Source: Planctomycetota bacterium (GTDB taxonomy: Bacteria > Planctomycetota > PLA2 > JAEUHO01). From it: a stretch of 25,741 bases of DNA. The notes below the pieces were generated by a model, which saw only the letters and a program-made list of their open reading frames with translations, was not told the origin of the DNA and searched no databases. Below are positions 22,701 to 25,741 of this stretch, piece by piece; the stretch's first letter is position 1, and every line of letters starts with the position of its first letter. The DNA is taken from NCBI GenBank assembly GCA_050248855.1, contig JBFWRP010000043.1, positions 1 through 25,741 on the forward strand, in the 5' to 3' direction. Position numbers and translations under genes: made by a program.

Positions 22701-23939
22701 ATGAGCACGAACGGCAGCCGTGACCTGATCTACGACTGGAACCAGCTCGAGGCCCGGCCGCTGGAAGGCCGGCGTCCGGCGCAGGTCGACGACGAGACGC
22801 TGCGCGACGGCCTGCAGAGCCCCTCGGTCCGCCATCCCCAGGTCGAGCAGATGATCGAGCTGCTCCACGCCATGGCGGCGCTCGGCATCGAGTCGGTCAA
22901 CATCGGACTCCCCGGGGCCGGCCCGCACGTCGTTGCCTCGGCCAAGCGCCTCGCCGAGGAGGTCCGGGACCAGAAGTTCCCGATCCTGCCCAACTGCGCC
23001 GCGCGCACGTTGGTCCAGGACATCGAGCCCATCCACCGCATCAGCCAAGACGTCGGCATCGCCATCGAGGTCGCGATGTTCATCGGCTCCAGCCCCATCC
23101 GCCTGGAAGTCGAGGGCTGGGACGTGGACCACCTGCTCAAGACGGCCGAGAAGGCCCTCGTCTACGCCGAGAAGAACCAGCTCCCGATCATGTTCGTGAC
23201 CGAGGACACCACGCGGACTTCGCCTGACGTGGTCAAGCGCATCTATGGACAAGCCTTGGACCACGGGGCGCAGCGTCTGGTCGTGTGCGACACGTGCGGC
23301 CACGCCACGCCCGACGGCGTGCGCTCGCTCGTGCGCTTCGTACGCCAAGTTGCCGAAGAGCGCGGTCGGGGCGACGTCCAGATCGACTGGCACGGCCACC
23401 AAGACCGGGGCCTCGGCGTGATCAACAGCCTCGCCGCCTACGAGGCCGGCGCCGACCGCCTGCACGCCGCCGGCCTCGGGGTGGGGGAGCGCGCCGGCAA
23501 CACCCCCATGGACCAGCTGCTCGTCAACCTCAAGCTGCTCGGTTGGCTGGCGCCGGACCGCGACCTGCGCGGTCTCATGCGATACGCCGAGCTCGTGTCG
23601 AAGTACCTGGAAGTGCCGATCCCGTTCAACTACCCCGTCGTCGGCAACGACGCGTTCGAGACGGGTACCGGCGTACACGCCGCGGCCGTCATCAAGGCCA
23701 TGAAGCGCGGGGACTCGTATCTGGCCAATCGCGTGTACTCCGGCGTCCCGGCCGACCAGTTCGGTTTGGCGCAGCGCATCAGCGTTGGCCCCATGAGCGG
23801 CAAGAGCAACGTCGTCTGGTGGCTGCAGGAGCACGGTTTCGAGGCCACCGACGAGCGCGTCGACCGGTTGTTCGCCGCTGCGAAGCAGAGCGATCGCACG
23901 CTGGACGACGCCACGCTCCGCGAGCTGGCAACGGCGTAG
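22701..23939 (+). CDS. leuA: DRE-TIM metallolyase of the 2-isopropylmalate/homocitrate/citramalate synthase family, short form
   Basis: DETLRDGLQ, EDTTR, DTCG, HGHQDRG, GVGERAGN, GPMSGKSN; GGAGG Shine-Dalgarno before ATG 22701; 412 aa with no allosteric domain. Substrate uncertain, so the symbol is tentative. Confidence 0.75.
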   Translation: MSTNGSRDLIYDWNQLEARPLEGRRPAQVDDETLRDGLQSPSVRHPQVEQMIELLHAMAALGIESVNIGLPGAGPHVVASAKRLAEEVRDQKFPILPNCAARTLVQDIEPIHRISQDVGIAIEVAMFIGSSPIRLEVEGWDVDHLLKTAEKALVYAEKNQLPIMFVTEDTTRTSPDVVKRIYGQALDHGAQRLVVCDTCGHATPDGVRSLVRFVRQVAEERGRGDVQIDWHGHQDRGLGVINSLAAYEAGADRLHAAGLGVGERAGNTPMDQLLVNLKLLGWLAPDRDLRGLMRYAELVSKYLEVPIPFNYPVVGNDAFETGTGVHAAAVIKAMKRGDSYLANRVYSGVPADQFGLAQRISVGPMSGKSNVVWWLQEHGFEATDERVDRLFAAAKQSDRTLDDATLRELATA

Positions 23940-23959
23940 CGGCGAACCCGCGTATGGCG

Positions 23960-24057
23960 GTACGGAGTCGGGTGAGATTCCACCCTCGGGCCGGTGCGCG
24001 CTACCGCATGGGTGTAGTCCCTGCGGCCCGAGGGTGGAATCTCACCCGACTCCGTAC
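23960..24057. repeat. 98-nt REPIN-like element, subfamily A
   Basis: 96/98 identical to 21098-21195; both differences are in the spacer. Confidence 0.95.
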
Positions 24058-24175
24058 GGCCCCCCTCGCCCCCGCTCACGCCTGATGGCGGCCCTCTACG
24101 GGGGCATCGGACTTCGTCCGGACGCCCGCACGCTGCGGGGTACCCTGGGCCGTTCCGGCGGCAGGAGAGCACCCG

Positions 24176-24535
24176 ATGCCCGGCTTCCAGTTGGACGTGC
24201 ACGACGACCCCCGGGGCGTCCGCGTCATGGCCGTTCAGGGCGAGGCGCGCATGGAGCTCAGCGACGACCTCACACGGGAAGCGCTCGAGGCCATCGGGCC
24301 CATGGAGCGCCCGCGCATCGCGCTGGACCTCTCGGGCCTGGAGTTCATCGACAGCGCCTCCACGGGCGCGCTCGTCCATCTGCGCGAGGTCATCGAGACG
24401 GAGCGGGGCGGCAACCTCGTGCTCTGCGGCCTCAAGCGCGTCGTCCGCCGCGTCCTGGACGTGACGGGCCTCGCCTGCCGCTTCGACATCCGTGAGGACC
24501 GGGCCGACGCCGTGGCCCACCTGACGGACGGCTGA
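24176..24535 (+). CDS. STAS domain anti-sigma factor antagonist
   Basis: 119 aa; V.GE, IALDLSGLEFIDSAS.G.L, GGNLVLCGL..VVRRVLDVTGL; AGGAG Shine-Dalgarno. Confidence 0.9.
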   Translation: MPGFQLDVHDDPRGVRVMAVQGEARMELSDDLTREALEAIGPMERPRIALDLSGLEFIDSASTGALVHLREVIETERGGNLVLCGLKRVVRRVLDVTGLACRFDIREDRADAVAHLTDG

Positions 24536-24590
24536 CAAATCAAGCCGATCGGAAGCCGGTCCGATCCGACCCACGGGAGGCGCCCTGGCC

Positions 24591-25625
24591 ATGACCAGCC
24601 GACGCATGCTGGGCCTGGGGGCCCTGCTCGTCCTCGTGACGGGCTGTGCCCCCTCGTCTGGATTTTGGGACCGGAGCCCGAAGGTGGCGGGCGTCCGCCG
24701 CTCTGCCGCGCGTCCCGCCCCGCGGCGGGCGCCGCAGCGTGCCCCGCAGCCCGCTCCGCGGGCCACCCCCTCCCAGCCGACGAGCCCTCCGAGCCAGGGA
24801 GGGACCTACACGCCCAGCCGTACGGGCCCCACGCAGGAGGACTTCGCGGTCCTCGATCGGGTCAACCAGATCCGCCGCGCGCGGGGTCTCCAGCCCTTCA
24901 CGTGGTGCTCGACGATCTGGCGGGCGGCCTACGACCACAGCATGGAGCAGCACGTGCACGGGTACATGGGGCACGGCAGCCCCGACCCGCGGCGCGAGCG
25001 CCTCGCCCAGCGCATGCAGCTGGCCGGCTACGACGGTCGCCTGTTCGGCGAGGTCGTCGCGTGGAACTACCGGACCGTCGAAGGTGTCGTGCGCGGCTGG
25101 ATGAACAGTCCCAGCCATCGCTCGATCCTGCTCGACCGCAAGATGACGGAGGCGGCCTTCAGCCGCGTCGGCATGTACTGGACGGGCAACTTCGGTCTGC
25201 CGCGTCCCGTCGTGCGTTGGCGGCAGGTGCCGCCGCGCCGCCGCGGGACGTCGGCCCCGGCGCCCGAGCCCAAGGCCGAGCCCCGCGCGTGGAGCGCGCC
25301 GGCCGACGACATGCCCAGGGCGCTGCCTGCCTTGCCGGAGGAGCGGCCTGCGCCGACGCAGGCCACGCCGCGCGTCCGGACGGTGCGCCGGGTGGGCACG
25401 CAGGACATCGCACCGCGCGCCGTGCGCATCACGCCCGAGCCCGTGCGGCCGCTGCCGCCGCCTCCGGCGGCGCGGCCCCAGCCGCGGGAGTACGCGCCCG
25501 CGCCGGAGCCGGCACCGGCCCAGCGGCCGGCGCTGCGCGCGCGCGAGCAGGGCAGCTGCTACGTGCCGCCTGCCAATCCGCCGCCCTCCGCACCGAGGGG
25601 CCCCGCACCCCGCGGGAGCGGCTGA
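24591..25625 (+). CDS. CAP/SCP domain lipoprotein with Pro/Arg-rich flanks
   Basis: Lipobox-like LLVLVTGC; VLDRVNQIRRARGL.P, AAYDHS, MGH, GEVVA, VRGWMNSPSHR.ILL; GGAGG Shine-Dalgarno. Confidence 0.85.
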   Translation: MTSRRMLGLGALLVLVTGCAPSSGFWDRSPKVAGVRRSAARPAPRRAPQRAPQPAPRATPSQPTSPPSQGGTYTPSRTGPTQEDFAVLDRVNQIRRARGLQPFTWCSTIWRAAYDHSMEQHVHGYMGHGSPDPRRERLAQRMQLAGYDGRLFGEVVAWNYRTVEGVVRGWMNSPSHRSILLDRKMTEAAFSRVGMYWTGNFGLPRPVVRWRQVPPRRRGTSAPAPEPKAEPRAWSAPADDMPRALPALPEERPAPTQATPRVRTVRRVGTQDIAPRAVRITPEPVRPLPPPPAARPQPREYAPAPEPAPAQRPALRAREQGSCYVPPANPPPSAPRGPAPRGSG

Positions 25626-25667
25626 GGCCGCTGACGCCGACTCCCGTTGGGGGTCATCGCGGGCGCA

Positions 25668-25741
25668 GTACGGAGTCGGGTGAGATTCCACGTTCGCTCT
25701 GTGGAGTACGGAGTCGGGTGAGATTCCACCCTCGGGCCGCG
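25668..25741. repeat. Subfamily A arms: partial arm 25668-25691 and a full left arm from 25706 running off the window edge
   Basis: GTACGGAGTCGGGTGAGATTCCAC occurs twice in direct orientation. Confidence 0.9.

Noticed and set aside
24547..24566. GATCGGA-N6-TCCGATC inverted repeat as a terminator or operator
   Set aside because: Only 7 bp, no U-tract and a single occurrence; cannot be distinguished from chance.
5288..25741. 34-nt repeats with 30-nt spacers as a CRISPR array
   Set aside because: Sizes are CRISPR-like, but arms are inverted pairs dispersed between genes, spacers are homologous to each other, and no cas gene is present.

Overview
Very GC-rich bacterial chromosomal segment. The HEAT-repeat/vWA, HEAT/cyclophilin and PDZ-hydrolase exported proteins suggest a Planctomycetota-like host (inference only). 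About 17 genes are supportable: a minus-strand run of SufS-like desulfurase, atypical IscU/SufU-like protein, cysS and a PDZ-containing alpha/beta hydrolase; a degenerate-cyclophilin protein; a HEAT-vWA protein; an orphan secreted/anchored protein; rsmB; a membrane protein; a TIM-barrel isomerase; an expanded Tex; PhzF; a HEAT-cyclophilin; lysC; a short LeuA-family synthase; a STAS protein; and a CAP lipoprotein. No tRNA, rRNA, CRISPR array, transposase or integrase was found. The most unusual signal is intergenic. (1) Six complete 98-nt hairpin elements (34-nt arm, 30-nt spacer, 34-nt arm, bounded by GTACGGAG...CTCCGTAC) fall into two diverged but homologous subfamilies, resembling REP doublets/REPINs with a GTAC rather than GTAG tetranucleotide. 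(2) A second GTGTC...GACAC hairpin family builds BIME-like mosaics. (3) An orphan gene lies between ~360-bp direct repeats and is followed by a decayed duplicate of the upstream gene's 3' end, which looks like repeat-associated gene capture. Most other long ORFs in the track are antisense or off-frame shadows of GC-rich genes.
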